Source of the DNA: Mycobacteriales bacterium | Lineage (GTDB): Bacteria > Actinomycetota > Actinomycetes > BP-191 | Length of the DNA: 64,000 bases | NCBI GenBank assembly: GCA_046590575.1 | Contig: JBKJUS010000107.1 | Location: 9,934-73,933, forward strand | Direction: 5' to 3' | In this document: positions 44,299 through 54,601 of the stretch, one piece after another | Position numbering within the stretch: position 1 is the first letter of the stretch | Layout of the letters: each line of letters opens with the position of its first letter | Position numbers and translations under genes: made by a program | Notes under the pieces: model-generated | The model's database searches: none | What the model was told of the DNA's origin: nothing | Seen by the model: only the letters and a program-made list of their open reading frames with translations

Positions 44299-45591
44299 AT
44301 GGAGCGGATTCGAGTGGTCGGCGGGGCCCGCCTAGTCGGCGACGTGGCGGTCACGGGCGCCAAGAACAGCGTGCTCAAGCTCATGGCGGCGAGCCTGCTG
44401 GCGCGTGGAGTCACCACGGTCGCGGACGTGCCAGGCATTCTCGACGTCGACGACATGGGAGTGGTGCTGACCCGCCTCGGCGCCGAGGTCGTGCATGACG
44501 GCACCAGCGTGCGCATCGATGTGCCGGACAACCTCGGCTCGGACATCGACTACTCGCTCGTACGCCGGATGCGGGCAGCCATCAATCTCCTCGGCCCGTT
44601 GCTCGCCCGCTGCGGGCGGGCCCGGGTCGCGCTGCCGGGTGGCGACAACATCGGCTCGCGGGCGCTGGACCTGCACATCGCCGGTCTGGCCAAGATGGGC
44701 GCCGAGATCGAGAGCGCGCACGGCTACCTCATCGCGCACGCACCAACCCTCAGCGGCGCCCAGGTCTTCCTCGACTTCCCCAGCGTCGGCGCGACCGAGA
44801 ACCTCCTGATGGCGGCCGTGTTGGCCAAAGGGACGACGGTCATCGACAACGCGGCTCGCGAGCCGGAGATCGTCGACCTCTGCACGATGCTGATCCAGAT
44901 GGGCGCCCAGATCGGCGGCGCCGGCTCCTCGACGCTGGAGATCGACGGAGTCGAGTCACTGTCGCCGGTCACGCATGCCACGGTGCCGGATCGCATAGTG
45001 GTCGGCACGTTTGCGATGGCTGCAGCTATGACGCAGGGCGACGTCTCCATCCGTGGAGCACGTCCGGAGCACTTGGAGCTGGTGCTCTACAAGCTGGCTG
45101 AAGCAGGTGCGGCCGTCGAAGCCCTCGGTGACGGAGTCCGCGTGTCGATGGACCGGCGACCCCTCGCGGTCGACATCGTCACGTTGCCCTACCCAGGCTT
45201 CCCCACCGATCTGCAGCCGATGGCGATGGCGTTGGCGGCGGTGTCCGACGGCGCAGCGATGATCACCGAGAACATCTTCGAGTCGCGCTTCATGTTCGTC
45301 GATGAGCTGATCCGGCTTGGCGCCGACGTCCGTACCGACGGCCACCATGCCGTCGTGCGGGGGCGCGAGCGGCTCTCGGGGGCGCCGGTGCGAGCGACCG
45401 ACGTACGCGCCGGTGCCGGTCTCGTCCTTGCCGGCATCGTTGCGGACGGCGTCACCGAGGTCTCCGAGGTCTACCACGTCGACCGCGGCTACGCGGGCTT
45501 CGCCGAGCAGCTCTGCGGCCTCGGGGCTGATGTCACGCGAGTTCAAGGAGAAGACGACGTGGACTTCTCGACCCCAGCCTGGCTTCGGTGA
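44299..45591 (+). CDS. murA: UDP-N-acetylglucosamine 1-carboxyvinyltransferase
   Basis: [35 protein letters not shown]... Length 430 aa with MurA-wide collinearity. Confidence 0.9.
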   Translation: MERIRVVGGARLVGDVAVTGAKNSVLKLMAASLLARGVTTVADVPGILDVDDMGVVLTRLGAEVVHDGTSVRIDVPDNLGSDIDYSLVRRMRAAINLLGPLLARCGRARVALPGGDNIGSRALDLHIAGLAKMGAEIESAHGYLIAHAPTLSGAQVFLDFPSVGATENLLMAAVLAKGTTVIDNAAREPEIVDLCTMLIQMGAQIGGAGSSTLEIDGVESLSPVTHATVPDRIVVGTFAMAAAMTQGDVSIRGARPEHLELVLYKLAEAGAAVEALGDGVRVSMDRRPLAVDIVTLPYPGFPTDLQPMAMALAAVSDGAAMITENIFESRFMFVDELIRLGADVRTDGHHAVVRGRERLSGAPVRATDVRAGAGLVLAGIVADGVTEVSEVYHVDRGYAGFAEQLCGLGADVTRVQGEDDVDFSTPAWLR

Positions 45592-45654
45592 CTGACGGCC
45601 ATAGGTGCTGCATTAGGGTGACGTCGTCGTCGATGCGCCAGTCAGGAGCAGTTC

Positions 45655-46509
45655 GTGGGCAAGAAGCTGGCCGTCGTCGGTGCCGGGCTGATGGGATCAG
45701 GAATCGCCCAGGTCGCCGCCCAGGCCGGGTTTGACGTCGTTCTTCGCGACGTGTCCGACGCCTCGCTCGAGCGCGGCATGGCCGGCATCCGCTCGTCGTA
45801 TGGGAAGTTCGTGGACAAGGGTCGGCTCAGCGCTGACGATCGCGACGCTGCGCTGGCTCGCATCGTCACCACCACGGACCTCGATGCCGCAGCAGATGCA
45901 GACTTGGTGGTCGAGGCGATTTTCGAGCGTCTCGACGTCAAGCGTGAGCTCTTCTCGACGCTCGACAAGCTCTGCAACCCGGAGGCGGTGCTCGCAACCA
46001 ACACCAGCGCGCTGCCCATCACGCAGATTGCCGCGGCTACCTCGCGACCGGAAAGCGTTGTCGGGACGCACTTCTTTTCACCGGTGCCGATGATGCGGCT
46101 CTGCGAACTCGTCCGCGGTTTGAAGACGAGCGATCACACCCTCGCCAAAGCGCGAGCGTTCGCCGAGGACGTCGGCAAGACGTGCATCGTCGTCAACCGT
46201 GACGTCGCCGGCTTCGTGACGACGCGGTTGATCGCTGCGCTGTCGGTCGAAGCCGCCAAGTTGGTGGAGAGCGGAGTAGCAAGCGCAGAGGACGTCGACC
46301 TCGCCTGCCAGCTCGGATTCGGCCATGCGATGGGTCCGCTGCGGACGATGGACATGACCGGCGTCGACATCATGGTCAACGCGGCACGCAACATCTATAC
46401 GGAGACCCAGGACGAGAAGTTCTTTCCTCCAGAGGTGCTGGCCCGGATGGTCGCTGCAGGAGACCTCGGCCGCAAGACCGGCCGCGGTTGGTATTCCTAC
46501 GACGCTTGA
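45655..46509 (+). CDS. 3-hydroxybutyryl-CoA dehydrogenase (Hbd/FadB2-like)
   Basis: A GTG start gives KKLAVVGAGLMGSGIAQVAAQAGFDVVL, an NAD Rossmann fold. Length 284 aa with the C-terminal dimerisation domain. Confidence 0.85.
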   Translation: MGKKLAVVGAGLMGSGIAQVAAQAGFDVVLRDVSDASLERGMAGIRSSYGKFVDKGRLSADDRDAALARIVTTTDLDAAADADLVVEAIFERLDVKRELFSTLDKLCNPEAVLATNTSALPITQIAAATSRPESVVGTHFFSPVPMMRLCELVRGLKTSDHTLAKARAFAEDVGKTCIVVNRDVAGFVTTRLIAALSVEAAKLVESGVASAEDVDLACQLGFGHAMGPLRTMDMTGVDIMVNAARNIYTETQDEKFFPPEVLARMVAAGDLGRKTGRGWYSYDA

Positions 46510-46521
46510 GGAGAGGTCCGC

Positions 46522-46950
46522 ATGCCACAGTTCCCCAGCCCGGAATGGCTGGCTGAGTTTCAGGAAGTGGTCAACGCGTCGGCCGAGTACGCCGACGCAG
46601 CCGCTACGTGGGAGGGCGACCTTGTCTTCGTCTACGAGAAGGAGCCGGACAAGGGGGTGCCGGTCGATGTCTACGCATGGCTCGACCTGTGGCACGGCAA
46701 GTGCCGTGACTCGGCGATCCTCGACGGTCCCGAGGACCCGCGGGCGGTAGCCGCGCAGTTCACCATCACGGCGCCTTACAGCCGGTGGAAGTCGGTGATG
46801 AAGAAGGAGCTGGACCCGGTTAAGGCGATGATGCAGGGAAAGCTGAAGGTCAAGGGCGACCTGCCGACGATCGTGCGCTACGTCCGTGCCTCCAACGTGC
46901 TGACCGATCTCACCACCCAGCTCGACACGCAGTTCATCGACGAGCAGTAG
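46522..46950 (+). CDS. SCP2 sterol-carrier-like domain protein
   Basis: MMQGKLKVKGDLPTIVRY matches the SCP2 signature. Confidence 0.65.
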   Translation: MPQFPSPEWLAEFQEVVNASAEYADAAATWEGDLVFVYEKEPDKGVPVDVYAWLDLWHGKCRDSAILDGPEDPRAVAAQFTITAPYSRWKSVMKKELDPVKAMMQGKLKVKGDLPTIVRYVRASNVLTDLTTQLDTQFIDEQ

Positions 46951-46952
46951 CG

Positions 46953-47363
46953 GTGGCGCACGTCGTCCTCGCCGACCCTGACGCGGCGGGACTCGATGCC
47001 ATGCTGGCGGGCCTCATCGAGGCGGCTATCGCTGATCCCGCCAAGGCTGCGGTGCTGGACGCCATGCGAGGCACCATCACGATCAGCGTGCCGGACGCCG
47101 GCGTCGAGGTGGGGCTTCGCTTCGCCCATGGCACCTGTCGGGTGGAGTCCGGTCCGATCCCCGGCGCCACCGTATTGCTCTCGATGCCGTCGGACGTCCT
47201 GCTCGACCTGCCGAGCGTGCCGCTGCTCGCCGGTCTCCCGTCGGTCCTCACTCCCGGCGGACGCGCCTTCGCCCGCAAGGTGCTGACCAGAGAAGTGACG
47301 ATCGGTGGTCTCCGGCACATCGGACTGCTGACCCAGCTCAACCGGCTGCTGACATTGGTCTGA
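46953..47363 (+). CDS. hypothetical protein (possibly SCP2-like)
   Basis: 136-aa ORF adjacent to the SCP2 gene. No motif recognised. Confidence 0.35.
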   Translation: MAHVVLADPDAAGLDAMLAGLIEAAIADPAKAAVLDAMRGTITISVPDAGVEVGLRFAHGTCRVESGPIPGATVLLSMPSDVLLDLPSVPLLAGLPSVLTPGGRAFARKVLTREVTIGGLRHIGLLTQLNRLLTLV

Positions 47364-47394
47364 GTGGGCCGGCGCGCGCCGTACGATCGAGCAC

Positions 47395-47616
47395 ATGGAC
47401 GCCCCAGACCGCACGGCGATCGAGCGCGCGCTCGACGAAGTCCGTCCGCACCTACACGGCGAGATCGAGCTCGTCGACGTCGTCGGCGCCGAGGTGCAGG
47501 TGCGGCTGCTCGGTCGTTGCGCGGACTGCACGATGCAGCAGCACACGCTGCGGGCCGGCGTGGAGCAGGTGCTATTGGCCCGGGTGCCCGGCGTCGGCGC
47601 GGTGGTGGCTGTCTAA
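47395..47616 (+). CDS. Nfu/NifU C-terminal domain Fe-S cluster protein
   Basis: HGGEIELVDVVGAEVQVRLLGRCADCTMQQHTLRAGVEQ carries the Nfu CxxC motif. Length 73 aa. Confidence 0.7.
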   Translation: MDAPDRTAIERALDEVRPHLHGEIELVDVVGAEVQVRLLGRCADCTMQQHTLRAGVEQVLLARVPGVGAVVAV

Positions 47617-47646
47617 GGACCGTCTCGCCCCGTCTAGACTCGCGCT

Positions 47647-49662
47647 GTGCCAGACAAGCCCTGGGTGATGCGCACATACGCCGGCCACTCGTCGCCCGCG
47701 GAGTCCAACGCGTTGTACCGGCGAAACCTCGAGAAGGGTCAGACCGGCCTCTCGGTGGCCTTCGACCTGCCCACGCAGACCGGATACGACCCCGACCACG
47801 AGCTGGCCCGCGGAGAGGTCGGCAAGGTCGGCGTCCCTGTCAGCCACCTCGGCGACATGCGCGCCCTCTTCGACGGGATTCCGCTGGCCGGGATGAACAC
47901 GTCGATGACCATCAACGCCACTGCGATGTGGCTGCTGGCGCTTTACCAGGTGGTGGCGGAGGAGCAGGGTGCGGAAATCTCGCAGCTCACTGGCACCACG
48001 CAGAACGACATCATCAAGGAGTACTTGTCGCGGGGAACCTATGTGTTCCCGCCAGCGCCGTCGCTGCGCCTCATCACGGACATCGTTGCCTACACGGTCG
48101 CGGTGATGCCGCGGTGGAACCCGATCAACATCTGCAGCTACCACTTGCAGGAGGCCGGTGCGACACCGGTGCAGGAGATCGCGTACTCGATGTGCACGGC
48201 GATCGCCGTGCTCGACGCGGTACGTGACGCCGGCCAGGTGCCAGCTGAACGATTCGGTGAGGTCGTCGCACGGATGAGTTTCTTCGTCAATGCCGGCGTG
48301 CGCTTCGTCGAGGAGATGTGCAAGATGCGCGCGTTCGGCGCCCTATGGGACGAGATCACGCAGGAGCGGTACGGCGTCACTGACGAGCACCAGCGGCTGT
48401 TCCGATACGGCGTGCAGGTCAACTCGCTGGGCCTCACTGAGGCGCAGCCGGAGAACAACGTTCAGCGGATCGTCTTGGAGATGCTCGCGGTCACCTTGTC
48501 CAAGGACGCACGGGCACGGGCGGTGCAGTTGCCGGCGTGGAACGAAGCGCTCGGTCTGCCGCGACCTTGGGACCAGCAGTGGTCACTCCGGCTGCAGCAG
48601 GTGCTGGCCTACGAGACTGACTTGCTGGAATACGACGACCTCTTCATTGGCAGCCTTGTCGTTGAGAACAAGGTCAACGAGCTGCTGGTTGGCGCGCGAG
48701 AGGAGATCGCGCGGGTGCAGGACCAGGGGGGAGCTGTGGCTGCGGTGGAGAACGGCTACATGAAGTCTGCGCTGGTCCGCTCTCATGCTGAGCACCGGTC
48801 TCGGGTGGAGTCCGGCGAGCGGGTGGTGGTCGGGGTGAACCGCTTTACCACCACGGAGCCCAACCCGCTGACCGCCGACCTTGATGCGGCGATCATGACG
48901 GTCGACCCGGCGGTGGAGAAGAAAGCTGTTGTGGCGCTCGAGGAGTGGCGGGCACACCGCAACGATGCCGCCGCTCAGACGGCCTTGCGGGCGCTTGAAG
49001 AGGCAGCCGGCACCGAGACCAACCTCGTTGGGCCCACGCTGGACTGCGTGCGCGCTGGGGTGACCACCGGCGAGTGGGCGGCCGCCCTGCGGACGGTGTT
49101 CGGGGAGTATCGGGCACCGACAGGCGTCGGGGGGACGGCGGGCACCGCGACATCCAGTACCGAGATTGCGCAGGTACGCGAGCTCGTCCGGCGTACCGGC
49201 GAAGAGCTCGGGCGCCGGCTGAAACTGCTCGTCGGCAAGCCGGGTCTCGACGGTCACTCCAACGGTGCTGAGCAGATCGCGGTCCGCGCCCGGGACGTCG
49301 GCTTCGAGGTCGTCTACCAGGGCATCCGGCTGACGCCAGCGCAGATCGTGGCAGCGGCGGTGGAGGAGGACGTGCACTGCGTGGGGCTCTCCATCCTGTC
49401 CGGGAGCCACCTCGAGCTGATCCCGAAAGTGCTGACCGGTCTTCGAGATGCTGGTCTGGAGGACGTGCCGGTCATCGTAGGAGGCATCATTCCGGACGCC
49501 GACGCCCGTGTCCTCGAAGCGGCTGGCGTAGCCCGGGTCTTCACCCCCAAGGACTACGCCATGAGCACGATCATGGCCGAGATCGTCAGTGTCATTCGAT
49601 CTGCCCACGGTCTCGCGAATGCGGCGGAGTCGCTCGGTTTGGTTACCCCAATATCGGGGTAA
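47647..49662 (+). CDS. B12-dependent acyl-CoA mutase (methylmalonyl/ethylmalonyl-CoA mutase family), catalytic plus B12-binding domains fused
   Basis: MRTYAGHSSPAESNALYRRNLEKGQTGLSVAFDLPTQ is the MCM N-terminus. The C-terminal B12 domain has DGHSNGAEQIAVRARDVGFEVVYQG. Length 671 aa. Confidence 0.85.
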   Translation: MPDKPWVMRTYAGHSSPAESNALYRRNLEKGQTGLSVAFDLPTQTGYDPDHELARGEVGKVGVPVSHLGDMRALFDGIPLAGMNTSMTINATAMWLLALYQVVAEEQGAEISQLTGTTQNDIIKEYLSRGTYVFPPAPSLRLITDIVAYTVAVMPRWNPINICSYHLQEAGATPVQEIAYSMCTAIAVLDAVRDAGQVPAERFGEVVARMSFFVNAGVRFVEEMCKMRAFGALWDEITQERYGVTDEHQRLFRYGVQVNSLGLTEAQPENNVQRIVLEMLAVTLSKDARARAVQLPAWNEALGLPRPWDQQWSLRLQQVLAYETDLLEYDDLFIGSLVVENKVNELLVGAREEIARVQDQGGAVAAVENGYMKSALVRSHAEHRSRVESGERVVVGVNRFTTTEPNPLTADLDAAIMTVDPAVEKKAVVALEEWRAHRNDAAAQTALRALEEAAGTETNLVGPTLDCVRAGVTTGEWAAALRTVFGEYRAPTGVGGTAGTATSSTEIAQVRELVRRTGEELGRRLKLLVGKPGLDGHSNGAEQIAVRARDVGFEVVYQGIRLTPAQIVAAAVEEDVHCVGLSILSGSHLELIPKVLTGLRDAGLEDVPVIVGGIIPDADARVLEAAGVARVFTPKDYAMSTIMAEIVSVIRSAHGLANAAESLGLVTPISG

Positions 49663-49695
49663 ACACATGCCGCGTGAACTCAGCCGAGGGGACAT

Positions 49696-50187
49696 GTGGG
49701 ACTGACCGAGCCAGTTCGCCATGCGGTGCTGGTGCTGGCCGCGTCGCCGGGCAGTGCGGCCCGGGCTCGTCGATTCACCAAGGATTCGCTGCGGGGCATG
49801 CGCGGCGTGCTACCAATGGACGATCTGCTTCTCGTCGTCAGCGAGCTGGTGACCAACGCCGTCCGCTACGGCAGGGGTGCGCCGACGCTGTCTCTCCACG
49901 CGGGTCATGACTGGGTTCGTGTCGAGGTCACCGACAACGGCGAACTGCTGCCGAGAGGCGCCAGTCCGTCCGATGAGGAGCGCGGGCGCGGCTTGCATCT
50001 CGTCGACGCGTTGACGAGGAAGTGGGGCATCGAAGAGCGTACGCGCGGCAAGACCATCTGGGCGGAACTCGCCGCTGGAGCCCAACTAGTCCTCGATCGT
50101 GAACATGCGGGTCATCCCGGTCAGGGCGAGAAGCTTGCGCACGGAAGCGCTGGGCTGCCGCAGAACGAGAGAATTCTCGGCGGGTAG
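49696..50187 (+). CDS. anti-sigma factor / serine protein kinase (RsbW-like HATPase)
   Basis: VSELVTNAVRYG...VEVTDNG...GRGLHLVDALTRKWG are HATPase_c motifs. The 3' end overlaps the convergent STAS gene by about 100 nt, so the true stop is uncertain. Confidence 0.6.
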   Translation: MGLTEPVRHAVLVLAASPGSAARARRFTKDSLRGMRGVLPMDDLLLVVSELVTNAVRYGRGAPTLSLHAGHDWVRVEVTDNGELLPRGASPSDEERGRGLHLVDALTRKWGIEERTRGKTIWAELAAGAQLVLDREHAGHPGQGEKLAHGSAGLPQNERILGG

Positions 50188-50454
50188 GAGTTGGCGAGCG
50201 GCGATCAACGCGCCGAGGCCACTCGAGTCACAGAACGTCACGTGGCTCAGATCGATCACCGCGGGCGGACCGCCTGCACTCGCCAACTCGGTCACCGCCG
50301 CCATGAGCGACGGAGCGGTAGCGAGGTCAAGCTCGCCGCTGACGGTCAGCATGACTAGGCCGTCGATTTCACCGGAAGACACCGTGAAGCCGTCGGATTC
50401 TGCTGCGGGCACTGACCCTCCTGCGTCCCGTTGGAACAGAGGTGCCAGACGCAC
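50086..50454 (-). CDS. STAS-domain anti-sigma-factor antagonist (SpoIIAA-like)
   Basis: LVMLTVSGELDLATAPSLMAAV...FCDSSGLGALIAARQ. Length 122 aa. Confidence 0.7.
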   Translation of the reverse strand: MRLAPLFQRDAGGSVPAAESDGFTVSSGEIDGLVMLTVSGELDLATAPSLMAAVTELASAGGPPAVIDLSHVTFCDSSGLGALIAARQLLPAENSLVLRQPSASVRKLLALTGMTRMFTIED

Positions 50455-50530
50455 CCTGCCGGTGACTGAAGGGCTGTGTGCTCAACCGCTCGACGTATGT
50501 CTATCTCACCTGCGCCGATACGAGGAAGTC

Positions 50531-51202
50531 TCAGTGGTCCGGCAAGGCGTCCACGACAGCCTGGGCGATCTCGCGGAGTTTGCGGTTGGTGCGCTGCGAC
50601 ATCTCAGTGAGGCGCTGAAAAGCCGCATCGGCTGAGCAGCGGTACTCAGTCATGAGCGAGCCCTTTGCCTGCTCGATGACAGCTCGATGCTCCATCGCCT
50701 CCTGCAGCTGAGCGTTCAACGTACTCGCGCTGCGGTAGACCTGGGCGTTAGCTAGGGCGGCTCCGGCCTGGCCGGCGAAGAGTGAGATCATGGCTTCGTC
50801 GAGCTTGTCGAAGCCTCGCGGAAGCCGGCTGTACAGGTTGAGCGCGCCGATTACGTGGTCTCGCACCTCAAGGGGCGCGGCGAGGAAGCTGGCGATCCCG
50901 TGCTGCTCAGCGAGCCGGCAGAAGTCTGGCCACCTCGCCTCGGCGGTGACCTCGTCGACCCGGTTGGTACGGCGACTGCGGATGGCGTCCAGGCACGGTC
51001 CGTCATCCACGCGGTACTGATCCTCGTCCACGGTCCGGGCCGTCGAGCTGGTGCTGGCCGCGGTGATGAAGCCGTCGCCGGATCGAATGGTCACGCTGCA
51101 CGCATCACACCCATCGATGACCTGGGCGGCCAGGTCTGCCACTCGCTGAAGAGTGGTCTCTAAGGTCTCCTCGCTGAGCAGCAGACCACCCAACTCGGTC
51201 AT
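50531..51202 (-). CDS. GAF-ANTAR RNA-binding antitermination regulator
   Basis: A GAF segment is followed by the ANTAR helix AVIEQAKGSLMTEYRCSADAAFQRLTEMSQRTNRKLREIAQAV. The start is set at the internal ATG (MTELGG); the upstream part of the track ORF is unsupported. Confidence 0.7.
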   Translation of the reverse strand: MTELGGLLLSEETLETTLQRVADLAAQVIDGCDACSVTIRSGDGFITAASTSSTARTVDEDQYRVDDGPCLDAIRSRRTNRVDEVTAEARWPDFCRLAEQHGIASFLAAPLEVRDHVIGALNLYSRLPRGFDKLDEAMISLFAGQAGAALANAQVYRSASTLNAQLQEAMEHRAVIEQAKGSLMTEYRCSADAAFQRLTEMSQRTNRKLREIAQAVVDALPDH

Positions 51203-51367
51203 GCGCAGTGCAAGCGAGTCCTCGATCACATCGACCCCCCGGGTGCGAACTCCGCCGACCCGTCGTGGGCCGTGGGAGGCAAGGTACCGCGCGCCGGGCC
51301 GGGATTCGCGGGCGCCATCCGTCGACTGAGAGACTGCCAGCATCAGTGGCGACGGCGAGGAGCAAGC

Positions 51368-53143
51368 GTGGCACGAGATTTCGTCAAGGTGGGCGTAGTC
51401 GGCCTGGGCACGATGGGTGCGGGCATCGCGGAGGTCCTCGCTCGTTCGGGTATCGACGTCGTGGGGGTCGAGGTCAGCGACGAGTCCCTCACTCGAGGTC
51501 GTGGTCACGTGCAGCACTCAACCGACCGCGCGGTACGCCGGGGCAAGCTCACGGAGGCTGAGCAGGGGGCGGTAGTCGGCCGGATCGAGTTCACGACCGA
51601 CCTCGAGCGGCTCTCCGACGTCGACCTCGTCGTCGAGGCCATTCCAGAGCGGTTGGAACTCAAGACCGACCTCTTCGTCAAGCTGGACCGCATCTGCCCG
51701 CCGGACACCGTGCTCGCCACCAACACCTCGGCCCTCTCGGTCACCCAGATTGCCGTCGCGACCCAGCGCCCGAGCCGCGTGCTGGGGATGCATTGGTTCA
51801 ATCCAGCGCCGGTCATGGGCCTGGTCGAGATCATCCGCACTGTCGTGACCGACCAAGCCGTTGTCGACGACGTCGAGGCTCTGGTCGCGAAGGTCGGCAA
51901 AACCGATGTCACCGCGGGCGACAAGGCCGGCTTCATCGCCAACGCGCTTCTCTTCGGTTACCTCAACAACGCCGTGCGGATGCTCGAGTCGCGTTATGCG
52001 ACGCGCGAGGACATCGACGCGGCGATGCGGTTCGGCTGTGGGCACCCCATGGGTCCGCTGGCGCTGCTCGACCTCATCGGACTGGACTCGGCGTACGAGA
52101 TCCTCGACACGATGTACCACCAGAGCCGCGACCACCTGCATGCCCCGGCACCGATTCTCAAGCAGTTGGTCACTGCGGGGTACCTCGGCCGCAAGACAGG
52201 TCGCGGCTTCTATGTGTACGCCGCCCCCGACTCGCCCGACGTGGTGGACGCAGCCTCCACGACCGAGGACGTCGGCGAGACGGCACGCGCCGTACGCCGG
52301 ATCGGCGTCGTCGGCACCGGCACGATGGCAACCGGCATCGTCGAGGTATGCGCCAAGGCGGGGTACGACGTGGTCTACCGGGCCCGGAGCGCCGATAAGG
52401 TATCCGCCGTCCGCGCCGCGATCGAGAAGAGCCTCGAGAAGGCAGTGCAGCGCGGCAAGCTCGACGAAGTCGGCCGTGGTGCTGCGTTGGGGCGCATCGT
52501 CGGCACAGTCGAGCTTGACGACCTCGCCGACTGTGACCTCGTCGTCGAGGCGGTGGTCGAGGACCTGCCGACCAAGCGCGCGCTCTTCGCCGCGCTGGAC
52601 GAGGTCGTCAAGCCAGGCGCGGTGCTTGCGACGACCACCAGCAGTCTCCCCGTCATCGAGTGCGCCGCTGCGACGAGTCGCCCGGCTGACGTCGTCGGGA
52701 TGCACTGGTTCAACCCGGCAAATCTGATGAAGCTGGTCGAGATCGTGCCCACCGTCCGGACGGCACCCGACGTCGTGGCCACCATCAAGAGCGTGTGCGC
52801 AACCGCCGGGAAGCATGCGGTGGTGTGCGGTGACCGGGCCGGGTTCATTGTCAATGCCCTGCTCTTTCCCTACCTCAACGACGCCGTGAAGATGCTGGAG
52901 GAGCACTACGCCACTGTCGACGACATCGACTTCGCGATGAAGCTCGGGTGCGGGCACCCGATGGGTCCCTTCGAGCTGCTCGACGTCGTGGGCCTCGATG
53001 TCGCCCTCGCGATCGAAGAGACTCTCTACCTGGAGTTCCGTGAGCCCGGATTCGCGCCTGCGCCCTTGTTGGAGCACCTCGTGACCGCCGGCTACCTGGG
53101 GCGCAAGAGCGGTCGCGGGTTCCGCGACTACTCCGCACGCTGA
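51368..53143 (+). CDS. fused tandem 3-hydroxyacyl-CoA dehydrogenase (two complete HBD units)
   Basis: Two Rossmann starts (VGVVGLGTMGAGIAEV and IGVVGTGTMATGIVEV), each followed by a dimerisation domain. A GTG start has the RBS ggcgaggag. Confidence 0.8.
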   Translation: MARDFVKVGVVGLGTMGAGIAEVLARSGIDVVGVEVSDESLTRGRGHVQHSTDRAVRRGKLTEAEQGAVVGRIEFTTDLERLSDVDLVVEAIPERLELKTDLFVKLDRICPPDTVLATNTSALSVTQIAVATQRPSRVLGMHWFNPAPVMGLVEIIRTVVTDQAVVDDVEALVAKVGKTDVTAGDKAGFIANALLFGYLNNAVRMLESRYATREDIDAAMRFGCGHPMGPLALLDLIGLDSAYEILDTMYHQSRDHLHAPAPILKQLVTAGYLGRKTGRGFYVYAAPDSPDVVDAASTTEDVGETARAVRRIGVVGTGTMATGIVEVCAKAGYDVVYRARSADKVSAVRAAIEKSLEKAVQRGKLDEVGRGAALGRIVGTVELDDLADCDLVVEAVVEDLPTKRALFAALDEVVKPGAVLATTTSSLPVIECAAATSRPADVVGMHWFNPANLMKLVEIVPTVRTAPDVVATIKSVCATAGKHAVVCGDRAGFIVNALLFPYLNDAVKMLEEHYATVDDIDFAMKLGCGHPMGPFELLDVVGLDVALAIEETLYLEFREPGFAPAPLLEHLVTAGYLGRKSGRGFRDYSAR

Positions 53144-53159
53144 CGGGCAGGACCTCGTC

Positions 53160-53633
53160 ATGGCAATGGACAAGGCGCGGTTAAGGTCACTGGCTCGCGA
53201 GGCAGGAGCGTTCCTGCCTGATGTTGTCAGGCTCTTCCGTGATGTAGCTCGTGACGAGCGGGTGCCACGCCGGGTGAAGGTCGAGGTCGGTCTGGCCGCG
53301 GGCTACCTCTTGATGCCCATCGACGTCATCCCGGACTTCCTTCCCGGCATCGGCCAGCTGGACGACGTGGCGGTCATCGGCTGGGCAGTGCGGAGACTGC
53401 TGTTGGGAGCGGGCGAAGGAATCTTGCGGGAGCACTGGCACGGAAGCGACCGCGGGCTGGAGGTGCTCCTGCAGATCGCGTCGGCTGGTTTCAACCCCAG
53501 ACGGCTTCTCGCTGGGCTCGCGTTGGGCGGGCTGGCCGGTCGTTCCGGTCCCGGCCAGAGCGGACCGAGTGTCGTGGAGGGGGAGGTCGTCAAGGACCCG
53601 ACGCCAGCGCGACCGGAGGGCTCTCGCGGGTGA
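53160..53633 (+). CDS. DUF1232/YkvA-like membrane protein
   Basis: VPRRVKVEVGLAAGYLLMPIDVIPDFLPGIGQLDDVAVIGWAV. Confidence 0.6.
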   Translation: MAMDKARLRSLAREAGAFLPDVVRLFRDVARDERVPRRVKVEVGLAAGYLLMPIDVIPDFLPGIGQLDDVAVIGWAVRRLLLGAGEGILREHWHGSDRGLEVLLQIASAGFNPRRLLAGLALGGLAGRSGPGQSGPSVVEGEVVKDPTPARPEGSRG

Positions 53634-53878
53634 AGGACGAGTTTGTCGACGGGCCCGACGGTCGGGAGTACGTCGAGCGCCGGGTGACCGGAGCGGCATC
53701 GACGAAGGCCTACCGATGCCCGGGTTGTGATCAGCAGATCCGGCCGACAACACCTCACGTCGTCGCGTGGCCGGTGGCGGATGTAGCGGACCGCCGGCAC
53801 TGGCACACGGCGTGCTGGGGTACTCGGGGCAGTCGGCGCCCGAAGCAGTTCCGGGGTCGCGGTGCGCCGCGCTACTGA
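53630..53878 (+). CDS. small CxxC zinc-ribbon-like hypothetical protein
   Basis: 82 aa with the motif YRCPGCDQ...HTACW. Confidence 0.4.
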   Translation: MKDEFVDGPDGREYVERRVTGAASTKAYRCPGCDQQIRPTTPHVVAWPVADVADRRHWHTACWGTRGSRRPKQFRGRGAPRY

Positions 53879-53890
53879 GAGGGTGCTCCC

Positions 53891-54601
53891 GTGACCGAGA
53901 TTCGCGCCAACACCGTCCTGCCGGCGGATCGTCGCCCGGTCACTCTGCACACGGCAGACGGCCTCTCGCTCGAGGGTGAGCTTGCTCTCCCGGTTCTTGC
54001 AGCTCCAGTTGCCACCGTCGTCTGCCTGCACCCGTTGCCTACGCACGGCGGGAGCATGGACAGCCACCTGCTGCGCAAGATGGGGTGGCGGCTGCCAGCT
54101 CTCGCTGAGATGGCGGTGCTGCGCCTGAACACCCGGGGGACCGGAGCGAGCCAGGGTTCCTATGACGCGGGCGATGCCGAACGTCTCGACATCGCCGCTG
54201 CTCTCGACGTCGTCGAGGCCGAGAGTCTGCCGGCGCCGTGGCTGGTGGGCTGGTCTTTCGGCTCCGAGCTTGCCCTGATGTACGGCGCCGCCGATCCGTC
54301 CGTTGTCGGCGCGGTGCTGCTGGCACCGCCGCTGAAGCGCTCCGGAGACGAGCATCTGGAGCAGTGGGCGCAGTCCGGCAAGCCGCTGGTGGCGATCGTG
54401 CCGGAGCACGACGACTACCTGCAGCCGGCGGCGGCGATCGTGCGATTTGCCGCTGTGCCACAGGCAGTCGTCGTCCCGGTACCAGGTTCCAAGCACTTGT
54501 TCGTGGGCTTCGCCGAGGAGGTTCTCGACGAGGTCGTCCGGTACGTCGCGCCGGCCCACTTCCCCCTGCCTACCAGCTGGCCGCCAAGGGAGTCTTCATG
54601 A
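53891..54601 (+). CDS. alpha/beta hydrolase (dienelactone-hydrolase-like)
   Basis: The nucleophile elbow is GWSFG. Length 236 aa. Confidence 0.7.
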   Translation: MTEIRANTVLPADRRPVTLHTADGLSLEGELALPVLAAPVATVVCLHPLPTHGGSMDSHLLRKMGWRLPALAEMAVLRLNTRGTGASQGSYDAGDAERLDIAAALDVVEAESLPAPWLVGWSFGSELALMYGAADPSVVGAVLLAPPLKRSGDEHLEQWAQSGKPLVAIVPEHDDYLQPAAAIVRFAAVPQAVVVPVPGSKHLFVGFAEEVLDEVVRYVAPAHFPLPTSWPPRESS

